This document shows positions 1 through 10,200 of a stretch of 64,000 nt of DNA, in pieces. The first letter of the stretch is position 1. Every line of letters begins with the position of its first letter. Location of the stretch: the IMG/VR virus record IMGVR_UViG_3300006752_000009, one strand, 5' to 3'. A program made the translations under genes and the position numbers. Source of the stretch: a virus. Lineage: Duplodnaviria; Caudoviricetes. Below the pieces are notes generated by a model. It saw only the letters and a program-made list of their open reading frames with translations. It was not told where the DNA came from and did no database searches.

Positions 1-1
1 A

Positions 2-160
2 GGTCTACAGGTCATCTTTAAGAATACTTATGATATGCTTAAGGAGCAGGGAGGTCTTACATTAGGTATGGACGACTTTATTATGTCTATGGCTAACGCA
101 CACGAGACTAACCTTTACCTTTTAAGGCAGAGATGCGATACCCGACCAAAGATTAGATGA
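2..160 (+). CDS. 3' end of a gene cut by the window edge; possibly ferritin/Dps-like
   Basis: Open frame from nt 2: GLQVIFKNTYDMLKEQGGLTLGMDDFIMSMANAHETNLYLLRQRCDTRPKIR*. The D..M...HE..LYLL pattern resembles the last helix of Dps/ferritin-like proteins. Confidence 0.35.
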   Translation, partial: GLQVIFKNTYDMLKEQGGLTLGMDDFIMSMANAHETNLYLLRQRCDTRPKIR

Positions 161-338
161 TTTTTCTCTATTTATTTCAGACACTTAGGTTTCCTCCGAA
201 AGTTTTTTGAGAAAAGTTCGGCAACATCTTGTGTATATCGTATAAGAGTATGTGAGCAACAGAGCCAATCACTTCGGATGACTCGCTAACGCTCTTAACT
301 TTAACTGCCGACAGGCAATATATACAGGAGAATGCCCT

Positions 339-1055
339 ATGGGTTTTTCAGACTTTACACTCGGTTCTACTTCACCAATCCTTTCAGGTGGTAAGGTTCG
401 TTGGAAGCCACAGAAGGGAAAGTTTCGTGTGACTTTCGTGGCTCTTCCAGGTCTTGAAGATAACGCTGTTAAGTTCTCGGACGATAATGGTAATCCTACC
501 AATCCTTCTTTCAAGGGTGGTCGTAGGCTCTACCACAAGGATGTCGGATACTTCTTGGATCATGGACCAGAGTATCAGAAGATCGCAGGTAATCCTTCAA
601 AGACTTCAATCGCTACTACGCTCATCTTTTGGCCTACAGATGCCAATGGTACGCTTGATAAGGCTCGCTTCGCAAATGGTGAGTTCGAGATCAAGACTTG
701 GGTGTTCTCACTCGACAAGTATCGTCAGCTTGAGTCCATCAACTCTGAGTTCCCTTTGAGTCAGCACGACATCTCAATCACTGTGACCGACCCACAGTTC
801 CACAAGATGACATTCGCCCCTTGTAAAGAGTCTTTGTTCAAGACTTTGAGCGACAAGGGTTCTGATATGTTCAAGACTTGTATGGAAGCGGCAAAGCCTA
901 TCCATCTGAACCTCCAAAATGACATCGCTCAAGACCTTACTCTCGATCAAATTCGTGAGAAGATGAGTGGTTCGGTTGGTTCGCCTACAGGCAACAGTGG
1001 TGGAGGTTTCAACTCGTCCTTTGACGCTGATGAGATCCTTGACGGTATGCTTTAA
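339..1055 (+). CDS. putative single-stranded DNA-binding protein (T4 gp32-like)
   Basis: 238 aa with RBS (caggag). Aromatic-rich beta core (RVTFVALP, KTWVFS..KYRQL, HDISIT..DPQFHKMTF), Gly/Ser linker and acidic C-terminal tail (DADEILDGML) typical of phage SSBs. Confidence 0.55.
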   Translation: MGFSDFTLGSTSPILSGGKVRWKPQKGKFRVTFVALPGLEDNAVKFSDDNGNPTNPSFKGGRRLYHKDVGYFLDHGPEYQKIAGNPSKTSIATTLIFWPTDANGTLDKARFANGEFEIKTWVFSLDKYRQLESINSEFPLSQHDISITVTDPQFHKMTFAPCKESLFKTLSDKGSDMFKTCMEAAKPIHLNLQNDIAQDLTLDQIREKMSGSVGSPTGNSGGGFNSSFDADEILDGML

Positions 1056-1116
1056 GAAAAGCCTTGACCTTTGACTTAAGTCATGGTTGAATACGCTTAA
1101 TAGCCTGTAAAGGCTC

Positions 1117-1175
1117 AATGCCTCTTAGACCCCTCACCAAGCCACAGAGGGTGTTTAAGGGGCATTAATTTTTTT
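1117..1175 (+). terminator. probable intrinsic terminator
   Basis: AATGCCTCTTAGAC-CCCTC...GAGGG-TGTTTAAGGGGCATT hairpin followed by a T-run, downstream of the SSB gene. Confidence 0.55.
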
Positions 1176-1231
1176 GTAGATCTTTTATAGGTTCTTCATT
1201 GGTAGCCATATTAACCAAATGGAGAATTATT

Positions 1232-2338
1232 ATGAGAAGATCAGCAAGTTTTGGTGACATCCTCGTTGATGTCATCGAAAAATATGAAGATGAGCTAATG
1301 GCTCTTGATTCAGAGTATATTGATGGTGGTGATGACTACGCTAACCGAAAACAAGATGCTCTTTTTGGAGGGGACCTAGATACAGCTCTTTTGTTCACTC
1401 GTGATCGCAGAGTCAAAGAAGTGTTGCTAACTATTCAATCAGATCTTGATCGTATCGAGAAAGGGGAGATTTCTATTAGAAGATCAGCATCCGATACCAT
1501 CAGAAATCTTGAGGCTCGTGTAGCCCGACTCGAATATAATCGAGGACAAGCCTATATCAACCTCGATCTTGTGGGAGAAAACTTTCGCACAGGAGTTAAT
1601 CTTGCTCACTATATTGTTGACGAAGGCTTTGATCATTTGATGGAGGGTAAGCTATTCATTAAGGATGGATTGAATCTTGTGGATTATCATATTGGTAGCA
1701 ACCTTGAAAGGTTCGAGACTCTGTTGAAACAAGAGATGGTAATGACTCTTGAAGATGTTTCAATCGGGAATCATAGAAGCACGAGTAATGCTGATCCAGA
1801 AGAACTTGAAGATCTGAACCTTCCCGATGTCCAAGACCTCAATCGTTCAAGAGTGAGTGTGGAGCGAGTAATTTCTCCAACATCGGGTACTCCTGGATAC
1901 CTTGTTAAAGTTAATGGTGGGTCGGGTATTAAAGTCGCTCGCTTTGAGAGGTCGGCAGGGACTATGGACTTTTTTAAGTCTTATAATCGCAGGGCAGGGG
2001 AGATCGTCAAAGAGATCAATGGTATCTTACCTATTGGTATCTTTGCGTCTAAGCCAGAGAAGGTAAGTAAGAAGTCTAGGCAAGCTAAGGCGATTTTCAG
2101 AGGTTATATTGGAACAGCCAACTCTCTTTCAGTTGATTTTGACTCAGACCGACATTATAGGATTGTGTTTCTTTCTGATGACGATTATCGGTCGCCTTTA
2201 GAATACGGACTCGATGACTTATATACTCAGAGTTCTTTTACTTTTTACCTTGATGGTAAAGCTGTGGCGACTGCAAAAAATGGGGAGATGGATCACACCT
2301 TTTTAAGTAAGGTTAAAAGAGCGTATAGATCTCAATAG
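1232..2338 (+). CDS. RRSAS-leader family protein (carries the leader twice)
   Basis: Start re-assigned to ATG 1232 after GGAG RBS. Begins MRRSAS and has an internal RRSASDTIRNLEARVARLE at ~1478. Confidence 0.8.
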   Translation: MRRSASFGDILVDVIEKYEDELMALDSEYIDGGDDYANRKQDALFGGDLDTALLFTRDRRVKEVLLTIQSDLDRIEKGEISIRRSASDTIRNLEARVARLEYNRGQAYINLDLVGENFRTGVNLAHYIVDEGFDHLMEGKLFIKDGLNLVDYHIGSNLERFETLLKQEMVMTLEDVSIGNHRSTSNADPEELEDLNLPDVQDLNRSRVSVERVISPTSGTPGYLVKVNGGSGIKVARFERSAGTMDFFKSYNRRAGEIVKEINGILPIGIFASKPEKVSKKSRQAKAIFRGYIGTANSLSVDFDSDRHYRIVFLSDDDYRSPLEYGLDDLYTQSSFTFYLDGKAVATAKNGEMDHTFLSKVKRAYRSQ

Positions 2339-2348
2339 TCTTTTTATC
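2336..2348 (+). promoter_or_regulatory. class B promoter-like motif (TAGT..TTTAT) followed by ATAAGTGATCTC
   Basis: tagtctttttatc then ataagtgatctc; overlaps the TAG stop of the upstream gene. Confidence 0.55.
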
Positions 2349-2397
2349 TCTTATCAATAAGTGATCTCATTAACTACAAACCAAATGGAGAATACCC

Positions 2398-2715
2398 ATG
2401 AGAAGATCAGCATCAGAAACAATTCGTAATCTTGAATCAAGAATCGCTAAACTTGAGAAATCATCTAGCAGAACAGATCGCTTAGAGGAAAAGCAAGATC
2501 ACGCAAAGAAACTAGAACAAATCTTGAAGCCTGTTTTCGGTTCAAGTCTGCGAAGCGTGTACTTTGACTACAACAATAGTGATATGTTCATCGCAGAAGT
2601 AAGTGCAAGTTTTTGGGAGGAAACAGGTCTTAACAAAAATGGATTAAAGACACTTGCAAAGTACACAGAAGGATTTACCCTTGACGGAAACAGAGTTTAC
2701 TTAAACATTGATTGA
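2398..2715 (+). CDS. RRSAS-leader family protein
   Basis: 105 aa, starts MRRSASETIRNLESRIAKLEK; GGAG RBS. Confidence 0.85.
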   Translation: MRRSASETIRNLESRIAKLEKSSSRTDRLEEKQDHAKKLEQILKPVFGSSLRSVYFDYNNSDMFIAEVSASFWEETGLNKNGLKTLAKYTEGFTLDGNRVYLNID

Positions 2716-2744
2716 TCGAAGCCTTTAGGGTTGGTAGTAATTTG

Positions 2745-2757
2745 TAGTTTATTTATA
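2745..2757 (+). promoter_or_regulatory. class B promoter-like motif TAGTTTATTTATA
   Basis: Exact consensus, followed 8 nt later by ATAAGTGATCTC. Confidence 0.65.
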
Positions 2758-2805
2758 CCCTATCAATAAGTGATCTCTTTAACCTTAAACCAATGGAGAA
2801 CTCCT

Positions 2806-3264
2806 ATGAGAAGATCAGCATCAGAAATTATCAGTGAACTTGAGACTCGGATTGCCCGTCTTGAAAGAAAAGCCTCACCCTACCGTCCAGACGGATATGA
2901 CGCATATGAAACTGGAGAGTCAGAGCGACCTCTTGACATCTTTGAGTCTCGGAGTCGAGATGATGAGAGATGGAGAGATTCTGTCTCAACAGGAGAGAGG
3001 GCTGACAAGCAGATTAAGTCTATCCTTAATAGTTCTCGTATTAAGTACACTAATAAATATGGTAGATTTATTTTTGCTGACAAAAGGACTTTGGTTAAAG
3101 CTCTTGAGGCTTTAGGTGAGAGTCGTTCAGACGCTCGGATTCTTGGTGAGAGAGGTACTGATCTTCAAGGAGACTTAATAAATCTGTTTGGTAAGTCTTA
3201 TGAGGTTGCTGTTCCCGATTTGGAAGATGAGCAGTATGAGTACTACTTAGTAGCATCTTACTAA
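2806..3264 (+). CDS. RRSAS-leader family protein
   Basis: Start at ATG 2806 after GGAG; MRRSASEIISELETRIARLERK. Confidence 0.85.
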   Translation: MRRSASEIISELETRIARLERKASPYRPDGYDAYETGESERPLDIFESRSRDDERWRDSVSTGERADKQIKSILNSSRIKYTNKYGRFIFADKRTLVKALEALGESRSDARILGERGTDLQGDLINLFGKSYEVAVPDLEDEQYEYYLVASY

Positions 3265-4223
3265 GAAAAGAAGCCTTTAGGGTTGGAGGCGATTTTTGCG
3301 ATCAAGTCGAGATCATAACACCTAATCGCTTCCATCATTAGGCGACATTCAAACCACAGATCCCCATCAACAAGGGGCATGAACAGGTCATGGATGTTGT
3401 CTACACCTAACATAACATCGACCCCTCCCTCGATAAGCTCCATGACAGGGGCTATTGAGTTATGGATCGGTGCAAGTATATCAGAATGTTGTTTCATACT
3501 GATTGCCGCACTTGGGCAAACGACTACCCCGATCTCTGCTTCTTGTAGTTTAGAAATCACACGCTGACGATCTTCTTTTTGCTGACACGCAAGAGAGATC
3601 GCATGAACGAGCCTAACCCGACCCTCAAGACCATGTTCAAAGGTCTTATCTGCAACCATCTCAGACTCACGCTCTGAAGGGGTGTTGTTTTGCCCTACAT
3701 GAACATCAACTGGCTTGTTCATATCTTTGGCTAGGTTAAAGATAAAGTCCATGTGTGCGAGAGGATCTTCATCTCTGTCGGGGAGTCCACCGATCACATC
3801 TGCCATCTCACAGGCTTGTATAAACATTTTTTGAGCTTCGGGTTCAAGGACACCTTCAAGTGGTTGAACAGCAAGTTGGAGGTCAAACCCTTTCTTTGCG
3901 TATTCTCTTTTAAGATTGACAGCGACTTGCATAGGTAGGAGTCCAACGATTTGGTCAGCATCAATAAATGTACGACACTTAGAGACACCTTGATAGATCA
4001 GATGTTCAATACACCGAGCCATTCGAGAGTGGAGTGTGTATTCGGTGTATTCTTCTTTGAGCTTACGATAAAGTTTCCATTTTTCTTGGAGGCTCGACTG
4101 AGAGAGTTTTAGACCTTCTTCGCTGATTAGATATGCCTTGTCAAAGTGTGCGTGGTGGCAAGCAAACCCACCTAGTTCATCTACTTTGTCCAAAAAAAAA
4201 CTCTCAATGTGCCAATAGTTCAT
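3261..4223 (-). CDS. metal-dependent amidohydrolase, cytosine deaminase (CodA)-like
   Basis: HxHxD motif (HHAHFDK), VDVHVGQ, VHAISL, CPSAAIS and GVDNIHDLFMP metal ligands of the CodA-type TIM barrel. Confidence 0.8.
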   Translation of the reverse strand: MNYWHIESFFLDKVDELGGFACHHAHFDKAYLISEEGLKLSQSSLQEKWKLYRKLKEEYTEYTLHSRMARCIEHLIYQGVSKCRTFIDADQIVGLLPMQVAVNLKREYAKKGFDLQLAVQPLEGVLEPEAQKMFIQACEMADVIGGLPDRDEDPLAHMDFIFNLAKDMNKPVDVHVGQNNTPSERESEMVADKTFEHGLEGRVRLVHAISLACQQKEDRQRVISKLQEAEIGVVVCPSAAISMKQHSDILAPIHNSIAPVMELIEGGVDVMLGVDNIHDLFMPLVDGDLWFECRLMMEAIRCYDLDLIAKIASNPKGFFS

Positions 4224-4291
4224 GTGCAGACTCCTTTTGTTTTCTTTTTATACCCCGACATTTAATAGATATAAAAATAAAGGAGTTCACC

Positions 4292-7200
4292 ATGAGTTCA
4301 TTTGGTTCGGGTTCAACCACCACAGCAGGTGCGTCTATCACTCTTAGAAACTACACAGGCACAGATGGAAATCAAGCAGGAACAGACGGTCTTGTACCAG
4401 GGCCAGGCATTGCACAGGCAGGCTATGTTCTAGGTGCAGGGGGCGATTGGACACTTGATGTCCTAGCCATCAACGACCTCGCAGATGCTACTAATCGGAT
4501 TGCTACTACAGCTTTTGTTCAAAATCGAGTTGCACAGATTGTTGCAGGTGGTGGGGGTATTGTTCTTGGAGGACTCCAAGATGTTGATCTTGCAGGTCTA
4601 GCTGATGACCAACTCTTACAATACAATCTAGCTGATTTAGAGTGGCAACCTGTCACTCTCACTCTCTCTTTGATTTCAGATGTTGATCTTGCAGGACTCC
4701 AAGATGGAAACGCTCTTGTTTATGATGCAGCCGCTAATAATGGGAACGGTGGTTGGGTTCCTGGTGAGGGTGGTGGTGGAGGTGCAGGAAATCTTAATGA
4801 GTTGGGTGATGTGACGATCAATGGAGGTGCTGACAAGCATTTCCTAGTTCGGAACGCTCAAGGTCAATATGTAAACCGATTGATTTCTACTGCTGACCTT
4901 AGTGATGAGGCAGATCTCGTCTTAGAGACAAGAGGAGCTACCTTTGGAGCTTTTGACTATGACTTTACAGGTGCTAACTCTATTACAGTTAAAGCCCCTG
5001 TTGGAGCTAATGACGCTACTACTAAGACTTATGTCGATACACAAGTAGCTACGAAACAACCGATTGATGCCACTTTAACAGCTCTTGCTGGAGTGGTGAC
5101 TGTTGCTGATAAACTCATCTATGCGACAGGTGCTGATGTTTTTGCGACCACAGACTTTACAAACTTTGGTCGAACTCTTATAGCGAACGCAAACGCTGGT
5201 GAAGCTCGTACTGATCTAGGATTAGGTACTTCAGCAGTCGAGGATGTTGGGGTCTTTGCACAGGTAGCAAATAACCTCAATGATCTAGCTGATGCAGGTA
5301 CAGCCCGAACGAACTTAGGTTTAGGTACTTCTGCTGTAGAGCCTGTAGGCACATTCGCCCAAGTAGCAAATAATCTTAATGATCTAGCTGATGCAGGCAC
5401 AGCTCGTACTAATCTTGGCTTAGGTACAGCCGCTGAGAGTGAAGTTGGAGATTTCTTAGCTTCTAATGCTGACATAGACGATCTTGGTGGTATCTCGACA
5501 GCTGGTAAGGCCGAAGGCAAAATCCTTAAGTTCAACGCTCAAAATAATCTTGTAGTTGCTGATGATGAGGGCAAGACTCAAGAAGAAATCGAGGACATCG
5601 TTGGAGGTATGGTTGATGGTAATACTGAGACAGGTATTACTGTAACCTATCAAGGTGCTGATAATACTCTTGACTTTGTGGTCGATAACACAGTTGTGGG
5701 CTTCCTCGCAGGTAATCAAACCTTCAATGGAGACAAGACTTTCACAGGTGCTGTCGATCTTACAGGTGCTACAGCGACTGGTGCTACTCAAAACGCTTCG
5801 GACAACTCTACAAGTTTAGCGACTACAGCCTATGTCGATGCTCAGATCGACACCGACATAACTGCTCTTGATCTCCCTAATAACTATCAAGGGCTAAATA
5901 CAAACCTCACAAGTATATCGGGACTCAACATTGTTGATGGGTCAATGGTGATAGGTGATGGGAATAACTCTTTTGAGATCTTAACCATTCAACTTGGGGT
6001 TGAGAACTTCTTAAAGAGTACAGGTCGTGTAGCCGCTCTTTCTGATGTGACTGTTAATAACGATGCACTGAACAACGCTAATCATATTCTCGTTAGTACA
6101 GGAGCAGGTGGTTTTGAAAGTCAGACGATTTCTACAACTAATCTCTCTAACAGTGGGGATATAGTCTTAGAGACTGCCGATGCGACCTTTGGAGCTAACA
6201 CCTATGACTTTACAGGTGCTACAGCGATTACAGTTCCTGCACCTAATAATGCTTCCGATGCTACAACCAAGACTTATGTAGACACTCAAGTCGCTACAAA
6301 GCAAACTTCAGATGCTACTTTAACTGCCCTTGCAGGACTTGCAACAGGAGCTAAAAAGCTCATCTACTCTAATACAGGGGATGACGACTTAGAGATGATT
6401 GGTCTTTCAGATAATGCCAAGACCTTCATCTCCTCAGATGCAGAGCTTGGTGATCTTGATAAAGTCACTATCGCTGGAGACATTGGGAATGGAAATGATG
6501 GTGAAACACTAAGATGGGATGGTGCTAACCTCGAATGGAAGAACTCGAAACTCGCTTTTGGCGATCTAAATCAGAATGTTGCTTCGACTCAGAATGTTGC
6601 TCTTTTAAATGGAGAGCAAACATTCAGTAATAACATCACATTTACAGCAGAGGTAGACCTTACAGGGGCGACAGCGACAGCAGAAACAGTAGCTAATAAT
6701 AATGTCGAGGGTAACTCAACTAGGATCGCTACTACAGCATTTGTTAAAAATGTAGTTAATCAAGTAGGTGGGGTTTCAGACCTTGCCGACCTTACAGATG
6801 TGGCTCTTGGTGCAGACAATGGGAATGGTGTCGCAGAAGAGGTAGGTCAGGTTTTAAGGGTAAGTGCTGTTGTAAACAATGTCGCTACCTTCAGAAATGC
6901 TTCGTTGTCATTTGATGACTTGTCCGACACAGGAAATGTAGTTGAGACAGATGCGAACGCTACTTTCGGTGCTTTCTCATACGACTTTACAGGGGCTACG
7001 ATTACAGTACCAGCTCCACAAAATGGAGCAGAGGCCACAACTAAGACTTATGTTGATACTGAAGTCGGCGGTAAGCAAGACTCCAATGCCCGTCTTGATG
7101 ACATCGCTGGTCTTGGGGTTGATAACAACCACTTTATTGTTGCTGATGGTGCGAACTTTACTCTTGAAAGCCCGACAGATGCTATTACGAGCTTGGGTAT

Positions 7201-10200
7201 GGGGGTCGGTAATAACGATCTCTTGATTGGTACAGGGGCGAACACTTTTGGAACGATTGCTACCACAGCAAATGGTAGATCTTTCCTTGCTTCCGAAGCA
7301 GGTGTGAATGACCTTTCAGATGTTTTGATTGCAGGTGTCGCAAACGCTCAGATCCTTGTCTATGATGCAGATGGTGGAGCGAACGATAACCAATGGAAGA
7401 ATGTCTCGTTATCGGGAGACATCACAATCAGTAATGCAGGTGTCGCAACGATTGGTGCTCTTGCTGTTGAAGAAGGTATGATTGCCAACAATGCGATCAC
7501 TACTGATAAAATCAATAACGGTGCTGTAACCAATGCCAAGCTAGAAAACAGCTATGTTTCGATTACTGATGGTGCGAATACGGACACCCTTCCTCTTGGT
7601 CAGACCTTTACATTCAACAATGTGGAGAATGAGACAACCGTTGTTGTTTCAGCAGATCAAGGTGCTGGTGCAGACGGAGTTGAGATCACCATTGGGCTTC
7701 CCGATGATGTGACGATTGCTCAAGACCTCACAGTAACAAGAAATCTTATCGTCAATGGAACGACAACGACTCTTAATACTGCGACTCTTGATGTTGAAGA
7801 TACAATCATTCGACTCAATAAAGGTGTGATGGATCTTAATGATGGTGCAGGTGGTGCTAACCCTAACGACATCGGATTGTTCTTTGAGAGAGGTACTACA
7901 GGAGATGACGCTATCTTCTATTGGGATGAAGGGGATGATTTCTTTAAACTTGGTCTAACAACCAATGACGACCATGAAGCTACAGATTTCGGAGCGACTA
8001 CAACTCCAGGTGGATTACAGATCGGCTCGCTTGAGCTTAGAGATAATCTCGCAACTTCATTAGTAGTTAAAGAGGGAGCGAACGCTTATCTCACATTCGA
8101 TACCTCTGATGGAACAGAGAAGGTTGTATTTGGTAAGGTCTTTGAAGCAGTTTCAGCTTCTAAGATTGGTAATGTAGAGATTTCAGATGGTCAGATCCAA
8201 ACGACTGCTGGAAATAACAACCTCTCATTCAATGATAATAACTTAACCACAACAGGTACAGCGAACTTCGGGGCGACCACAGTTGACTCCCTTGATGCTT
8301 CAAATGGTGGGATTACACAAGCAGGGGCGATCAGTGGGATTACAAGTCTTGCTGGTGCTTCGATGGATCTCCTACTAACAGATAATGATGCTGACGCACT
8401 TGACATTCGAGAAGCAGGTCTTGGTTCATATCTGACTTTTGATACTACCGATGCTCAAGGGCAAGTTGTTGTAAATGAGGGTGGGGCTGACATCGACTTT
8501 AGAGTCGAGGGCGATAACTCCGACCACTTGATCTTTACTCAAGCGAGTACAGATCGTGTGGGTATCAACACGAATAACCCGACAGCTCTTTTCCATGTAA
8601 ACGGAAATAGCATACTTGTAGGAGACTTAACTCAAAGTGGTGGTGCTGTTGTTTTCAACAATGACCTTGGAGACAATGACTTCCGAGTAGCAGGCGACAA
8701 TCAAGCCAATCTTTTATTTGTAGACGCTTCTGCCGACTCTGTTGGTATTGGTAAAAACAACCCAAGTAAGACCCTTGACATATCGGGTACTGTTGCGATT
8801 TCTAGCACTCTTGAGGTGGCAGGAAAGACAACTCTTGCAGGATCACTTGATCTCACAACAGGTTCAGCAACAGGTATTACCTTTAGGTCTGAGATTGCCG
8901 ATGGTGGGGTAGATGCCGACCAAATTCTTCTAAGAGTAAATCAAGGGGGTGGAGGACCAGCATATAAGAGCATCAAGTGGGTAGCCGCTGACGATAGGTT
9001 CTCTGTTGAAAGCTCTCTCAAGTCCGAAGGCAACTTCATAGTGGGTGATAATCAGTTTATCGCCAACGCTACAAACGGAAATCTTACGGTTGGCGGTACA
9101 GCTACCATTAATAATGCCGATGGTACAGCCGACCTTATCGTACAGAACAATGGGGTTGATGTCCTTAATGTAGATGCTTCGGCAGGTACAACCACAGTCA
9201 CAGGTCAGCTCAAGACTGATGATCTAAGAGCTAAGACTGCTGACGGTGGTGGAGATGACTTCAAGATTCGCATTGAAGATAATGTTCCGAACGCTCTTGA
9301 GATTTCTGATGCTACCAACGCATTGTCCTTCATGGTGTTTGACACCTCAGACAATGCAGAACTTATTAACCTTAATCAAGATACCTCATTCACGCTTGAT
9401 GCTACTTTTAAGCGTGAGATTTCGATTGAGAATACGAACTCTAATGGTTTGTTTTTCAACTCAAATCGGGCAGGGGTTGCTTCGGAAGACGCTACCCTCA
9501 TTACGATTGAGGGTGGTAATAACAAGAATGATGCAGTCCTTATTTGGGACACATCAGATAACGCTCTTAACCTCAATGCAGAAGCACAGGTTCACCTACA
9601 AGGTCTAAATGGATCAAACGCTCTAACGATTGGTGGTGCGTTGGTTGCCAATGCGACCATCGTTATGACGACAGCAGGTGCAATCACTCTTGATGGTACG
9701 CTTGATTCCCCAACGATCAATACAGATAAGATCACAGATAAAACAGCAGATGGTCTTGTCATTGAACTTGCTGATGGTCTAAATGGTAGTGCCCTTTTAG
9801 TAAGTGATGCAGGTGGGGCTAACTATCTCACTATCAATACAGATGCACAGACCCTTACATTTAATGAGGACGCAAACTTTGATGCTTCGGCTACCTTTGA
9901 CACCACAGTAGAGGTCACAGGGATTACGACTCTTAATGACTCGCTCAAGGTCAACAAGGCAGGTTCTGATACAGGTATCATCTTCAATGCTGATCGTGGA
10001 GCAGGGGAGGACATCAACGCTCAAGACTTTGACGCACTCCTTCTCCATGTTGAGAATGGTGGGTCTAACGCTACAGATGCTTACTTCAAGTGGGATGACT
10101 CTGAAAGCTCATTCAAGATTGAGGGTGGTAAGCTATTCTCAGCGACCGAGATTTCTATTGGGTCAGAAGCAGGTAATGCTCTCACCAAGAACCTCACGAT

